The position numbers were made by a program, and so were the translations under genes. A stretch of 64,000 nt of DNA from the human T2T-CHM13v2.0 reference genome, Homo sapiens: NCBI RefSeq assembly GCF_009914755.1, contig NC_060926.1. One strand, given 5' to 3'. Under the pieces are notes generated by a model. That model searched no databases, was not told the DNA's origin, and worked only from the letters and a program-made list of their open reading frames with translations. Shown piece by piece: positions 14,242 to 33,550 of this stretch. Within the stretch, counting starts at the first letter, position 1. Each line of letters starts with the position of its first letter.

Positions 14242-16423
14242 TAAAATTTAATGCCATTCCCCTAGCTTTTCTCATCATTTTCAGATAACCAAAGATGCTT
14301 TCCAGTTCCATGTCATAGTCAAATATTTCATCTTGGTTTTAAGTGAAATCATCTTCGTTTCTCCAGCTTATGCTGCTGCAGATGGAAAGTCTGAAGTCAC
14401 AGAAAAGTATATTCTCCTTCTTTTCTTCTTGTTACCTGGATCTTTATTTTATTTTATCTCCCACGTTATTCTAATTGCATTTTCTGATCTCTCTCCCCTC
14501 CAGGGCAGGAATCCTTTGAAGGGATAAAAGAAGTAATCAGAGACCTGTCCATGGTGACAATAGGGTCAAGGTGTGTGGTTTCTTGTAGGTAGTATTTTCT
14601 TATATGATTTTATGAGAAAACAGGCATTATGTTTTTTTTAAATTAAGTAGTCTATATATATTTTAATCTCATTAATAGATATGAAATGTTAGTATTTAAC
14701 AAATCATAATACATCAATTCAATTATGTTGAAGCATCAGCTCTTCTGAGAACCCTTCCATAATATCTCCACAACCCCTTCACTCTCTAACAGGGTTAACC
14801 TCATCCCCATCCTCCACCACAGCTGGTGCCTGCTTCTATTTGACTCATAACAGACTGCATTGGAATCATCTGTTTGCTTGTCTGTTTCTCTACCACTCAA
14901 TAAGCTCCTGAGGGGCCTCATTATCTCTCCAATGCCTGGATTATAGTGTTGTTAAATAAATTTCCATAGAATTGAACAGACACAGTTCAGAGGCCAAAAG
15001 ATCAAAGATTCAGCAAAAGAAGGCCCCGAAGTGCGTGCTGATTCCAGAAGAGAGGCTGCTTGTCTGTTTGGGAAGAAAAACCTCCCAACTCTTGCTTATG
15101 ATCTCTGGTCCTATCTCTTTTTCTCCTGCTTCAGTGAGTAGGGGGTTTGGCAATTTAAAACATTTTTATTTTTATTGTTTTGAATCGGGCAGCCTCCAGA
15201 ATCACAGCAGATTCAAAGAGATTCCCTCGGGGTGGCAATTTTACCTACTCTCAGCTCAGGGCTGCCTCTGCTCAGCAGACATTAGACAACAGTGCTGAGA
15301 ATATTTTCCTCCTAATAAGAAAATTCCAATCACAATGATCATGCTCAGATACCTAAAGAGCTGCTGGAATCTGAGCTCTGAATACCTGGGGAATTACTAT
15401 ACTGTGAAAAAAGGCAGTCTGAAGAAAGAAAGGACAAGAAGGTAGGCTTGTTTGTAAATATGTGGTTCACCTTTCTGAGAGGCATCTTTAAGCTATAAAA
15501 GTGTATGGAATGTTTTATGGATTTTGTCTTCCTTCATAGCTCTATAAAATTTCAGTTTTATTGGTGCGAGCCCTCTGTGTGAAGTAAATGATAGATAAGC
15601 AGATGATCATTTTATTTCATGGTTGAGACAAGATGTGCTGGGCTTTATTGCACCTAATCTCCCAGTGAAAGAAGAGTTTTAAAGTGCATAGTAGTTAATT
15701 CTCTTTGGCAGACATGAGCTATAAACATGTTTTCATCTGCTTTCTGTTCTTATTAAATTAGAAATTTTCAGTGATTATAGGTTTTTACTTCTCTTGTGGG
15801 GAATTTGGAAATAATTTTAAAAATCGATCTTTCCTATTATTTAGATGCCTGGAGTGACTTGGAATAAAGTATTAATTAGTTTCAGCATATTATTATTATT
15901 GGTGTAAATGGCGTTTTGGCTCAGAATCCCAAGATTAGTCATCCTTACCATAGCCAAAACAGTGATTCCTGATCACCCCAACCAGAAAGAGTTCTTCTGT
16001 CTTTGTGCTACTCAGTCATTTCTTGTCAGCACTTCATAAACCAAGTTCCTTTTATTTGGGCACCTTGTGTAATAACATGGCCTATTCCCAGGCCCTTCAT
16101 TCCTTTTATCCCTACAGATGGGACTGCCTAACTAGTATAGGACAGAAAAATTGATCTTTTTCATACCATGTCTGATAAATAGTTTTTGGCTTTGTGGAGC
16201 ATTGAACCTATATAAGATGATAAGGTGACATGTAGACTCAATATTAAACAGATCTTTCACCATCTACAGTTGGTTAGAGACTCCCTCCCCAGGTTCAGGA
16301 GCAGGAACACAGAGGATGTGCATTTGTGGACCCTGGCTGCACTCTGTCTTCATAGGTCCTGGTGTGAGAATCATGCAGTTTTCTATTAGGCAGTTTATGG
16401 AATGGTGTTCATAGCTATGGTCC

Positions 16424-17095
<672 letters not shown>

Positions 17096-18139
17096 GGTCC
17101 CAATAGAGGGAGAGAATTTGTGATTACAGTCAAAGCCCAAATTATTAGATTACATAGGTGTTGTGGGGAGGGCAGTTGGAGATCACTCTTGAAGTCATGA
17201 ATTTTAGGTCAGGTATGATTCCATAAGAGCACCATGAGTCCAAAGGTTGCCCAGTAGGAGGAGAAAGTCAATTAGGAAAGGGCCTCAATTCTACTAGTAG
17301 GCAGCCTCATGTCTCCCTTTTCAATTTCTCTAAGCTATTTCCAATTTCCCAGTCAAATATATTCAGTGAAAGTAAGAGAACATACAGGTATGCCAGGAAA
17401 GCTTACATGAAAAATGCTTTCAAGGAAAAGAGCCTCACACATAATGGGATGTCTTATGGCAAGACCTTTCACTTTATCCCAAGCCACTCCAAGAAGTGGT
17501 CAGTCCAGTGTCCACAGGTTATTGAAAGATCTGGGCCCTGTCTTGCATACCTGTGCTGCCTAAAGGAGAGAAAGAGAGGGAGAATGTGGAAATTTGGTTA
17601 CTAGATGGGTAAAAGGAGGTGCCTTGGAAGAACAGGAGGGTTGTTTTAAAGCTATTATCTGAACTTGTGAGTTTTTAAATTTTTCATTTTGATATCTTAG
17701 GGAAACTGGCCGTTTGTTGAAAATCTGTCTGACGGAAATCCAAAGAAGGTTTGACCTATCTCTTCTAGTTTCATACAATTCTGCTTGCAGACAGACAAAC
17801 CTAGTTGACTTGACTTGCTAGCTCAATAATCTCATCTTTTTTCATTTTATAACTCAGCAAATAGCTTATAGTTTTTCACTCTCTCCTTAGCCTTTATGCT
17901 TCTGTTCATGTTGTCTCCTTGTCTAGAATGCCCCTCTCTAGCCCTGCCTGCTCCTCAAGCCACTCCTTCCTATGTTCACTTAATCTGGCATATCTCTACT
18001 AGCATGTTAAAATTTAGCTCAAGGATTGCCTTATCTAGGGCACCTTCCTTGTTTCACACCATGGCAGACCTCAGCTGCCTCCCCATATCCTCTCTTCTTT
18101 CCACTTAACAACACTCTGCTATTTTTAGTGGTGCCATGC

Positions 18140-20040
<1,901 letters not shown>

Positions 20041-20387
20041 AAACCAATCCATATCTTTCATCTATGCTTCTTTTAGAACTCTGTGAATTTTTCGTCTTTT
20101 TTTTTTTTTTTTTTTGTTACAGGATCTTGCTCTGTCACTGAGTGAAATGGGTCAGGTGTAACATATGTTTTATCATGCCATTTCAATGGTCTGTGTGTCA
20201 TTAATGTCTAGTACATACCAGTTACATAAGTACAGGTACATTAATGGATCTGATAAAACCTTATTTGTAGATTGGGGATATAAAACTTATAGACTCATTA
20301 TAATGACCAAATGGTGGTTCACAGCTTGGACATTAGAGTAAATCACCTTAGATTCTCATCCAGGCTCTGCCTCTTATTATCTGTAAT

Positions 20388-20802
<415 letters not shown>

Positions 20803-21014
20803 TAAGCCCATTTTTGAGTACAGTGCTTGGTACGTAATCACTGAAAGAGTGGCAGCCATTTCTTAAGAGATATTAATTCCTGAACAAATAGTGCAGTACC
20901 TTTAACCATGCCCACCCAGGCCCCTGCTACAGTGAGTGCTGGCTGCTTAGTGCTCATTGCTACCCCCTTTCTCCAGAACATGGGCTTGGCAGAGCATTGC
21001 CTTGGCCCACTTAG

Positions 21015-21506
<492 letters not shown>

Positions 21507-21800
21507 TTATTTCTTCTATGTTATCTAATTTGTTGGCATACTGTTTTTTATGGTAGTCACCTATAACTCTTACGATTTCTATAAGGTGATCGTTATGTTC
21601 CCTCTTTTATTATTGATTTTAAAATTTTAAGTGTTTCCTCTCTCTTAATTTTTTGTCAGTGCAGCTAAAATTCCATTTTCTTTATCTTTTCAAATAACTA
21701 ATTTTTGGCTTCTTTGATTTTCTCTGTTGTTTTCTATTTTTTTTTTTTTTTTTTGCCTTCACCTTTAGTATTTTCTTTCTTCTGTTTGCTCCCAATTTAA

Positions 21801-23115
<1,315 letters not shown>

Positions 23116-23555
23116 ATTGATTTAGCTGCATTGCATTAGTTTTGGTGCATTATGTCTTTTTATTCATTCATTTTATTATCTAATTTTGCTTGTGGCTTCT
23201 TCTTTGTCTCATTGATTATTTAGTAGTATGTTGTGTAATTTTCACATATTTATAAATTTACCAATTTTTTTTTCTGTTACTAACTTCTAATTTCCTTCCA
23301 TTGTGATCTGATAACATATATGATTCCAGTCCTATTCAATTTATTGGAATGTGTTTTATAGCCTAACATATGGTCTCCTCTGGAGAATGTTCTGTGTTTC
23401 AGGAGAATGTGTATTCTGCTGTTTTGGGGTGAAGTGTTGAATAGATGTCTCTCAGGTCTAGTTGGTTTACAGTGTTGTTCAAGTCTTCTGTTTTCTTGTT
23501 CGTGTTCTGCATAACTGTTCTATGTAGTGCTGAAGGTGCAGTATTTGTCTCCAAT

Positions 23556-24370
23556 TGTCCGTGGTTGAGCAAAACACACTCTGTTTCTCTACACTTTCAG
23601 CCAACACTTTGGATACCAGATGCGTGAATTTTTTTTTCTGCACCAAGCACTTCTCCAACTCTCTGAACATCAATTGGGTGTCTTACAATTTAATTTAATT
23701 CTGACCCTATATACTTGGAGTTAGCATCAGATTCCACAACTTGAGGGCTTACTAGCTATGAATTAAGGGCTCCCATGACCCACTTCTGTGTTTGACAGAA
23801 TAGCTTAGGGAAATGCTTTACATTTACTGAACTCAGAGAAATGCTTTGCTAACATTGACTGGTTTATTATAAAGGATACAACTCAGGACCAATCAGATGG
23901 AAGAGATGCAAGGTGTAGGGGAGAGGAACACTGAGTTTCCATGTTCTCTGGACAGGCCACCCCCAGCACCTCCCTGTGAAACTCATCAAATCTCCTTGTT
24001 CAAGAGTTGTTTTTTTGTTGGTTTTTTTTTTTTTTTTTTTTTTTGTTGTTGTTGTTGTTGTTGTTTTGAGACAGAGTCTCGCTCTGTTGCCCAGGCTGGA
24101 GTGCAGTGGAGAAATCTTGGCTCACTGCACCCTGTCTCCGGGGCTCAAGCAATCCTCTCACCTCAGCCTCCTGAGTAGCTGGGACTACAGGCGTGCACTG
24201 CCATGCCTGGCTAATTTTTTTGTATTTTTAGTAAAGACAGGGTTTCACCATGTTGGCTAGGCTGGTCTGGAACTCCTGGCCTCAAGTGATCTGCCCACCT
24301 CAGCCTTCCAAAATGCGGGGATTACAGGTGTGAGCCACCACACCCGGCCATGTTCAAGAGTTTTTACATG
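23556..24370. mobile_element. MER21-like LTR fragment containing an Alu (~24009-24348, minus)
   Basis: GGGTGTCTTACAATTTAATTTAATTCTGAC..GGAGTTAGCATCAGA motifs; Alu TSD TGTTCAAGAGTT. Confidence 0.7.
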
Positions 24371-24754
24371 CCCTTTTCATGATATATCCTTTTTATCTTT
24401 TTATTTTCAACCCATTTGTATCTTTCATTCAAAAGTTTGCATCTGTAGACAGCATATGATAGGATCTTATTTTTTTAATCCAGTGTGATAATTTCTGTCT
24501 TTTAGTTTAATTGTTTCATCATTTATATTTAATATTATTATTGATACAATTAAATTAATGTCTGTCATTTAACTTTTTGTTTTCTGTATGTTTCATGGCT
24601 GTTTTGTTCTTCTGCCCTTTGTTGCTTTCATTTGTACTAAGTGAATATTTTCTAGTGGAAAAACTTAATTCCTTTAATGATTTTTTTCACTACATTTATT
24701 TTCTCAGTGGTTGCTCTAGGGCTTACCATGCACATCATAACTTAATGGTATCTA

Positions 24755-25144
24755 CAGTTGACCTTGAATGATGTGGGGTTTGGGGAGCCACCCCCACAAT
24801 GCAGTTGAAAATCCATGTATAACTTTTGACTCCCCCCAGATTCAACTAAGAGCTTACTGTTGAACTGAAGCTTTATGGATAACATAAACAGTCAATTAAC
24901 ATATATTTTGTATGTTACATTTATTATATACTGTATTCTTAAAGTAAGCTAGGTGAAAGAAAATTTTATTAAGAAAATCATAAGGAAGAGAAAATGTATT
25001 TGCTATTCATTGAGTGGATCATCATAAAGGTCTTCATTCTTGTTGTCTTCAGGTTGGAAGTGGAGGAAGCAGAGGTGTAGGAAAATCCACATATAAGTTG
25101 ACCTGTGCAGTTCAAACCTGTGTTGTTTGTTCAAGGGTCAATTG
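24755..25144. mobile_element. Tigger2a/MER28 DNA transposon
   Basis: TIRs CAGTTGACCTTGAA / TTCAAGGGTCAATTG flanked by TA. Confidence 0.88.
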
Positions 25145-25799
25145 TACTTTAGATTTACACTAACTTAAGTCCAGTGAGATATTGAAACATTACTCCTATA
25201 TATTTCTAGTCCTGCTTCTCTTATTTGTGGTATTATTGTTATACATATTCTAGTTATATGTTACAAGACCAAGAATACATTGTTATAATTATTACTTTGT
25301 ATAATTTTATGTATTTTAAAGAAGCTGCTAGAATAAAGGACAGCAACAATATATTTATAGAGGGTGTTATATTACCTTTCTTACTTACAACATTTCTGGT
25401 CTCTTTCTTTGTTCCTGTTGATTCAAGTTACCATCTGGTATTATTTCCTTTTTTCCAATACAGCTTCTCTTCCATCCCCTCCTTTGTTCTGTTATTTTAA
25501 GACACTTTACATTGGCATATGTTGTAGGCCTGATTATGCAAAAAGATACATACTGTTTTGTACATTTGTTTTTCCAATAAGTTAAGAGATGAAAGGAGAA
25601 AAAATGCATTTTTGCTATCTTCTATAATTACATAATTACCTTTACTGGTGCTTTTTGTTTATTTCTGTGCATTCTAATTATTGTCTGAGATCACTTGCTT
25701 TCAGCCTGAAGAGCTTCCTTTAGTGTTTCTTGTAAAGAGAGTCTACTAGCAACAAGTTATTTCAGTTTTTGTTTTCTTCGGAATGTCTTTCTTTTGCCT

Positions 25800-26131
25800 T
25801 TATTTATTTTTATTTTATTTTATTTATTTATTTATTTATTTTTTGAGATGGAGTTTCACTCTTGTTACCCAGGCTGGAGTGCAATGGCATGCAATCTTGG
25901 CTCACCGCAAGCTCCACATCCCGGGTTCAAGCGATTCTCCTGCCTCAGCCTCCCAGGTAGCTGGGAATACAGGCATGTGCCACCACACCCGGCTAATTTT
26001 TTTGTATTTTTAGTAGAGACAGGGTTTCTCCATGTTGGTCAGGCTGGTCTCAAACTCCTGACCTCAGGTGATCCGCCCGCCCCAGCCTCCCAAAGTGCTG
26101 GGATTACAGGTGTGAGCCACCATGCCTGGCC
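25800..26131 (-). mobile_element. AluSp/Sq with (TTTA)n tail
   Basis: GAGTTTCACTCTTGTT, GGTTTCTCCATGTTGGTCAGG. Confidence 0.92.
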
Positions 26132-26296
26132 TCTTTTGCTTTTATTTTTAAAAGATGGTTTTGTGGGATATATGATCCTTATTAAAAGTTTTACTCTTTC
26201 AGCAATTTAAATGAATCACATGATTGTTTCTGGCCTCCATTGTTTCTGATGAGGAGTCAGCTGTTAATCTTATTAGGGTTCCCTTGTACTTTATAA

Positions 26297-26654
26297 CAGG
26301 GCTCCTCAACCCCTGGGTAGCCAACCAATACCTGTCCATGGCCTGTTAAGAATCAGGCTGCACAGCAGGAAGTGAGTGACAGGTGAGTAAGCATGACCGC
26401 CTGAGCTCCACCTCCTGTCAGATCAGTGGTGACATTAGATTCTTATCGGAGCACCTGCCCTATTGTGCACCACACATGTGAGGGATCTAGGTTGCACACT
26501 CCTTATGAGAATCTAATGCCTGATGATTGGAGATGGAACAGTTTTATCCCAAAACCACCCCTGCCACTCCCATCCCCAACCCCCACTCCCAGTCTGTGGA
26601 AAAATTGTCTTCCATGAAACTGGTCTCTGGTGCTGAAAAGGTTGGAGAACACTG
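26297..26654. mobile_element. MER1B (hAT-Charlie) MITE
   Basis: CAGGGCTCCTCAACC...GGTTGGAGAACACTG; perfect 8-bp TSD CTTTATAA (26289-26296, 26655-26662). Confidence 0.92.
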
Positions 26655-27323
26655 CTTTATAAGTAGTTTTTTCTTTCTGCTTTCAAGATGTACCCTTTAT
26701 CTCTGGCTGTCAACATTTTACTATGAAGTATATCTCTTTGCATTTATTCTTTGCATTTATTGTTGGAGGTTTTGAACTTTTTGGATATGTAGATTTATGT
26801 TTTTTATCAATTTTGAGAAGTTTTCAGCCATTATTTCTTCACATATTTTTTCTGCTCCTTTTTCTTTCTCTTCTCCTCTGGCACTCTCGTTATGTGTATT
26901 TGTTGCTCTTAATAATGTCCTATATTTCTCTGAGGCTGTGTTCATTTTTCACCATTATTTAATCTCTTTCTCTTTTTTTTTGACTGCAACATCTCTATTA
27001 ATCTATCTACACAGTCACTGTTTCTTCTGCTAGTTTGGATCTATTGTGGAGCTTTGTTGGTGAATTTTTTATTTCAGTTATTGCATTCTTCAACTCCAGA
27101 TGTTCCATTTGGTCCTTTAAAAATAATTTATATCTCTTTATTGACATTTTTTATTTCATGAGACAGTGCCATCATACCTTCCATTACTGGTTGAAGCATA
27201 GTTTTCTTTAGTTCTTTGAACATATTTATAATGGCTCATATGAAGTCCTTATCTATATATCTGAATTTTGTCACAGGCATTTTTTTTGCTGTCTGCCTTT
27301 TTTTTCCTGTGTGTGAGTTACAC

Positions 27324-27582
27324 GTGAAGGTTATTAGAATAAAAATGGAATGAATTCCTTGTGTTAAAAACAAAACAAAACAAACAATCTGACAAATAGA
27401 GCTGAGGAGCGCCATGAAGGTACGGTTCTCATGCATAAATGCTTGATAAAAACTATTACAAAAGACTCTGCAAAACCGCAACCTTATACAAAGGTCATGA
27501 TAATCTTAAACACAAAGTAATAATTCTTCAAGGACACCTACCCAGCAACTACCCGTCCAACCCCAGACTGGTGTCACCCTTA
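27324..27582 (+). mobile_element. ERV1 (MER4-group) LTR 5' fragment
   Basis: TGAAGG start, CTGACAAATAGAGC..AAAAGACTCTGCAAAACC; truncated. Confidence 0.55.
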
Positions 27583-27762
27583 TGCAGAGGAACTCCCATT
27601 TGTAAAACCATCAGATATTCTGAGACTTATTCAATACCATGAGAACAGTATGGGGGAAACTGCCCCCATGACTCAGTTATCTCACCTGGCCCTCTCCTTG
27701 ACACTTGGGTATTATTACAATTCAAGGTGAAATTTGGGTGGTGATACAGCCAAACCATATCA
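27583..27762 (-). mobile_element. THE1 LTR half
   Basis: CCATGAGAACAGTATGGGGGAAACTGCCCCCATG...CAGCCAAACCATATCA. Confidence 0.88.
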
Positions 27763-28575
27763 GTGAGGGTTATTAGGCCTTCAGTGTTTTTGGCCTGCTA
27801 TACCAGACTGGGGTAGACCCTCCACCCTTTGTGTGGAAACTGGGTGGAGGCAGGGAGCCCTCACTGTCTTGGCTATATTCACCTAGAATTTAGCCTCTGC
27901 CACAGGAAGCTTGAAGTTGGGGGATGAGCAATGCTAGCAACATGACTCTCCTGGCAAGATTTCATAGCTTCTGACTGGGAACTGGAGAGACAGGGAGCCC
28001 TGTGTTCTTAGCCTCGCCTACCCAGATTGAAACTTTCCTTAAGCTGAGCTCAGGGGGTGAGGGAGGGAGTGGGTCATGGGTTAAATGCCATAGATTCTTG
28101 CTGTTCTTACCAATATTTAGTATATTTCTTCATTTGCTGTATGCCCTTCCTTAGGGAAATTTGAAGAGACATTAAATTGTTGCATGCTTATAATGTTTGG
28201 TTTTTAGGGGGAGTAGTCCTGGCAAAATCCTCACTCCACTGGCATTCCAGAAGTCATCCTCTATTTTGACTTTTGCTGGAAACATTGAAGGGACTTCCTT
28301 AGAGTATTCTTGGTGCTATGTATGCTGTGGAAGAGATACGTTAGAGGCAGTTTACTTTTATGGAGGAGACAGAGAACTCTGAATCTGAGTTGCTTTGCCT
28401 CCCTCCAGACTTAGAAGTCAGTGGGCATATGGTGTGGATGAGTTCCCATTCAGCTACATACTATATAAATGAATGTGGTGGAAACAAGATTTATTCATAA
28501 AGAATGAGTTCTCCCACCCTTTTACTAACTAAAGGTAATTTTATATTCATTTACACAGATTCTCTCCTCTTTTTA

Positions 28576-28806
<231 letters not shown>

Positions 28807-29314
28807 TTAGAGAAAAGGGAAAATAGTTAAGTTGGGAAACTAAGAGATGAGTGGGAAGAAGCGATGAAGATGTGTAGGGGGTTGCGTACCTAGCTAGCTG
28901 CTGGAGAGAGACAGTTTTCTTGGTGGGGAGGTGTGAAAAAATTGGGAAGAATAAAAAAAAAAGGATTTAAGAAATTTTGTTTTGAGTTATGAGTGGATTT
29001 TCTATCAGGTACCTTGAGAAATGCAAGGAAAGTTTGTTATACTGTCTGAGTTTCTTTCAGCTGATGAGCCATACTCTCTATGCAAATACACATAGAGACT
29101 GCTCTATGTATTGCTCTTGTTCTTATTATATCCTAAGAAATAAATTCTAAATATCCTCTCTTCCTGCTTCTTTTTTGGGTTTCTCCCAGAAGTACTGACT
29201 ATAAAGGATGTTGATTGTTTTATCAGACTCAGGAAAAACGGAAGAGATTCAAACTCTGTCTTAAGCATCTCATTGACGTGTAATTCTTTTTCTCATTAAA
29301 AAGATATAAAACCT

Positions 29315-29632
<318 letters not shown>

Positions 29633-29734
29633 TTACTCTATTTTTTTTCCTAGAAAACCATTTCTTCAACAGTTATGTGTATTTTAATTTTAATTTGATT
29701 GACACATTCATTGTAGGTGTAGTTTCTATAATCC

Positions 29735-30490
<756 letters not shown>

Positions 30491-30781
30491 ACTTTACAAG
30501 TTATAGGGCAATGGAAAGGATGGAAGATTGATCTGAATTGGAGGTGGGAAAGCTGACAGATGGAATGTAATATGCTGCTTAAAAAACTTGAATGAGAAGG
30601 AAGGAAAAGCTAGACCATCAGCTCTCGTACTGGCAATCAAGCCCTAAGTTAATGTCTTCACTTTTTTATTTTCTGTACTCAATACTTATCTGGCCTGATA
30701 CATACAAACTCAACAAATACAGTTTAAAAAAAGGAAAGATAAGGGTCCAGGGAGTTGAGAGTACAAACAAGAGAGAAGTTT

Positions 30782-31066
30782 GGGCTCTGTGTGGTGACAC
30801 ACAGCTGTAATCCCAGCATCTTGGGAAGCTGAGGTGGGAAGATTGCTTGAGCCCAGGACCTCAAGACCAGCCTGAGCAACATAGGGAGACCCTGTCTCTA
30901 CAAAAATAAGAAATTAGCTGGATGCAGTGCTTCGTGCCTGTAGTCCTAGCTATTTGGGAGGCTGAGGTGGTAGGATTGCTTGAGCCCAGAAGTTCGAGGC
31001 TATAGTGAACTATGATTGCACCACTGCACTCCAGCTGGGTAGCAGAGCGAGACCTTGTCTCTATTA

Positions 31067-31101
<35 letters not shown>
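30782..31101 (+). mobile_element. AluJ with (AG)n tail
   Basis: Dimeric Alu followed by an A-run and (AG)n. Confidence 0.9.
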
Positions 31102-31105
<4 letters not shown>

Positions 31106-31504
31106 TGATGGAGTCTGTTCTGCTTTCCCTTGTCTCAGTTCCCTGGACTCAAATCCTTCCTTGATTCTACTATAGTTAAGACAACAATTGGCTAGCAAGC
31201 CTCTGGTTGTGGCTGGCCTTTTGTCTATGCCTGTAAGAGATGGTTTAAAAATCTTTCTGAGGTGCATATTGAGAGTACCATAAACATATCCTTCCAATAT
31301 GTAAATATATCATTCTGAAGCCCAAGAGAAATGCTAAATGAAACAATTACTTCCTGGTACTTGTTTCCCTTCCTGCTCACCACAGAATAATCTCTTCAGA
31401 CTCATTAAATCCCTCAGTCACTTCAACCATTAGTTCCACTGCCTTTGCATACCTGAACAAATGGTTTCCTGTTTAAATCATGTTCAATTAGTTTTGTCTT
31501 AAAT

Positions 31505-31682
31505 GAGAGGTTCTCAGCTCTGACTACGTGTCACAATCACCTGGGGAGATTAAAAAATACTGATGCCAGGGTCCTACCCAAAATTAATTAAATTAGAGCC
31601 TCTCAGCATAATGCCTGGGCACTGGTATTATTTAAATTCCCCTGGAGATTCTAATGTGTGATTAAAATTGAGGACCAATTTC
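31505..31682. mobile_element. MER5-type hAT MITE
   Basis: GGTTCTCA..AATCACCTGGGGAG..AATACTGATGCC..GATTCTAATGTG..TTGAGGACCA. Confidence 0.65.
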
Positions 31683-32914
31683 CTAAACCCTTGCATGGAC
31701 ATGGTTCTTAATTATGCCTCCAAATAATGACTCTATCCTTACCCAGGAGAAACTGGCCATTGACCTTCATCCCATCCTTTGGGAATGGAAATACAGCATC
31801 ACGTATTCTGAATTTGAGGACATTCCATTCCCATATACCACGGAATTGCCCCATTTTGTGCTCCCAATGCCAATTAAGTAGACTGAGCTGGCTACACACA
31901 GTCATGCCAGGCAGGAGCTCATTTTAGTGGGGAAGGTGAACGTGTCTGTGCTATTAAGAACAGAAGCAACACCATCTGAATGCAATTGAAAATTTGATCT
32001 CAAGTTGGTAGACTGCTTAGAAGAAGCTGAGTTCCTAGGACAAAGTATTCCTGCCTGAATAAATCTATGGTAACCTCTTTGGCTTCAAGGAATCCTGCTG
32101 TCTTCTGCACATTCTTGTACTATTCCACCTCTATTCTAAGGTGATGCTGTGAAAACTTTAATTTTTTTTTTCAGAACAATCTTTCAAATGCAATTCCATG
32201 CAGAAGCTGGATATAGAGGTGGATAAAAGTGTAGTTGCTCTAGCTGAAGCAGAGATGTGGGAGGTTTCCACTCCCAGCTCTTACCTCCTCCTCAACTACC
32301 TGGAGGTGCTTCTGCTGAGTTCTCCAGTTTTCAGGAACACAGATTGAAAATCACCACTTTAGGATGACAGCAGCAATATCAAAAGCCAACAGGCAAACGA
32401 TAACACTAGAACAGAATTTTGAGTTGTTTTGCTCCATAGAATGAAAAAGACACTCTTATTGAGTAGTCAAGGATACAGAAGTCAACACTCTCAGGAAGAA
32501 TTCGAAGAAATGTGGAGGAAGCATTAAAGGAAAGGAAACAAGAGCAAGAAAAATGGAGAGTAACCAGGATAATGAGATTAAAAAAATTACACTGTGGGAG
32601 ATATGGTTGAAAGAAATGACAATGTTTAACCTAGAGAGAAGGAATGTGATAACTTTCTTCAAATATTTTTAGTACTGTCACATGTAAGTAGGAGTGAAGT
32701 AGTTCTGTGTGGTTGCAGGAAATAGAACATGCACCATTGAGTGGGTGGCAGTTTTAGGGAAAAAGCTTTCGGCTCAAAATCTAAGTAAGTTTCTAATATT
32801 ATAATGGGCCACCTAAAGAGGTAGTAAAGTCCCTGTCCTTGGAGATATTGAGTCATTGACTAGATGACAAAGTCACTTATTTACTCCCTCTTTTGATTTC
32901 TCCCTTTCTCATGT

Positions 32915-33550
32915 TAAAGAAGAAAAATAAATAACTGATAGACACTAGGATTAATACCTGGGTGATGAAATAATCTGTATAACAAACCCCCATGACACGC
33001 GTTTACCTATGTAACAAACCTGTGCATCCTGTACCTGTACCCCGAACTGAAAAGTTTAAAAAATTATTCATGACACTTGTTAAAACATGGTGAAGTAGAC
33101 TTTGTACAGGACCATCAAGATAGGTACAGGGACCATTTCAATCACGTTTTGCAGAATGGTAGAGAGACCGGGCTCACCTTTGAATATAGAAAGGAAAAGT
33201 GGGAATTTGGAGTGAAGGAGCAGGGTGGAGTCCATTGGATGGAAAATTACTAAGAGGAAACATCAAGAGGAAGAAGGTTTATGGCTAAATCAACCTAACA
33301 GGATTCTTGCTGAAGACAGGCCAGGATGATCAGACATCACATGGTGGTTGGTAGAGGTTGAGAAACTTGATAGATATTGAGGATGATCAGATATCATGAA
33401 TGGGGGATTCTGGCTAAAATGACTTAGCAGGAATTTTACTAGAACTGGACTCCACAAAGAAGTCCAAAGGAACCCAAAATTGGACCTAGTGAAAAAGATT
33501 GCTCAGAAGAGCTCGACTATGGTTTGGTCAAGGAGACAATCTTTGCTACT
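32915..33550. mobile_element. MER31-like ERV1 LTR (minus) with a short L1P 3'-end insertion (~32935-33060, plus)
   Basis: LTR end GGTTTGGTCAAGGAGACAATCTTTG; L1 3'UTR CCTGGGTGATGAAATAATCTGTATAACAAACCCCCATGACAC. Confidence 0.65.
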
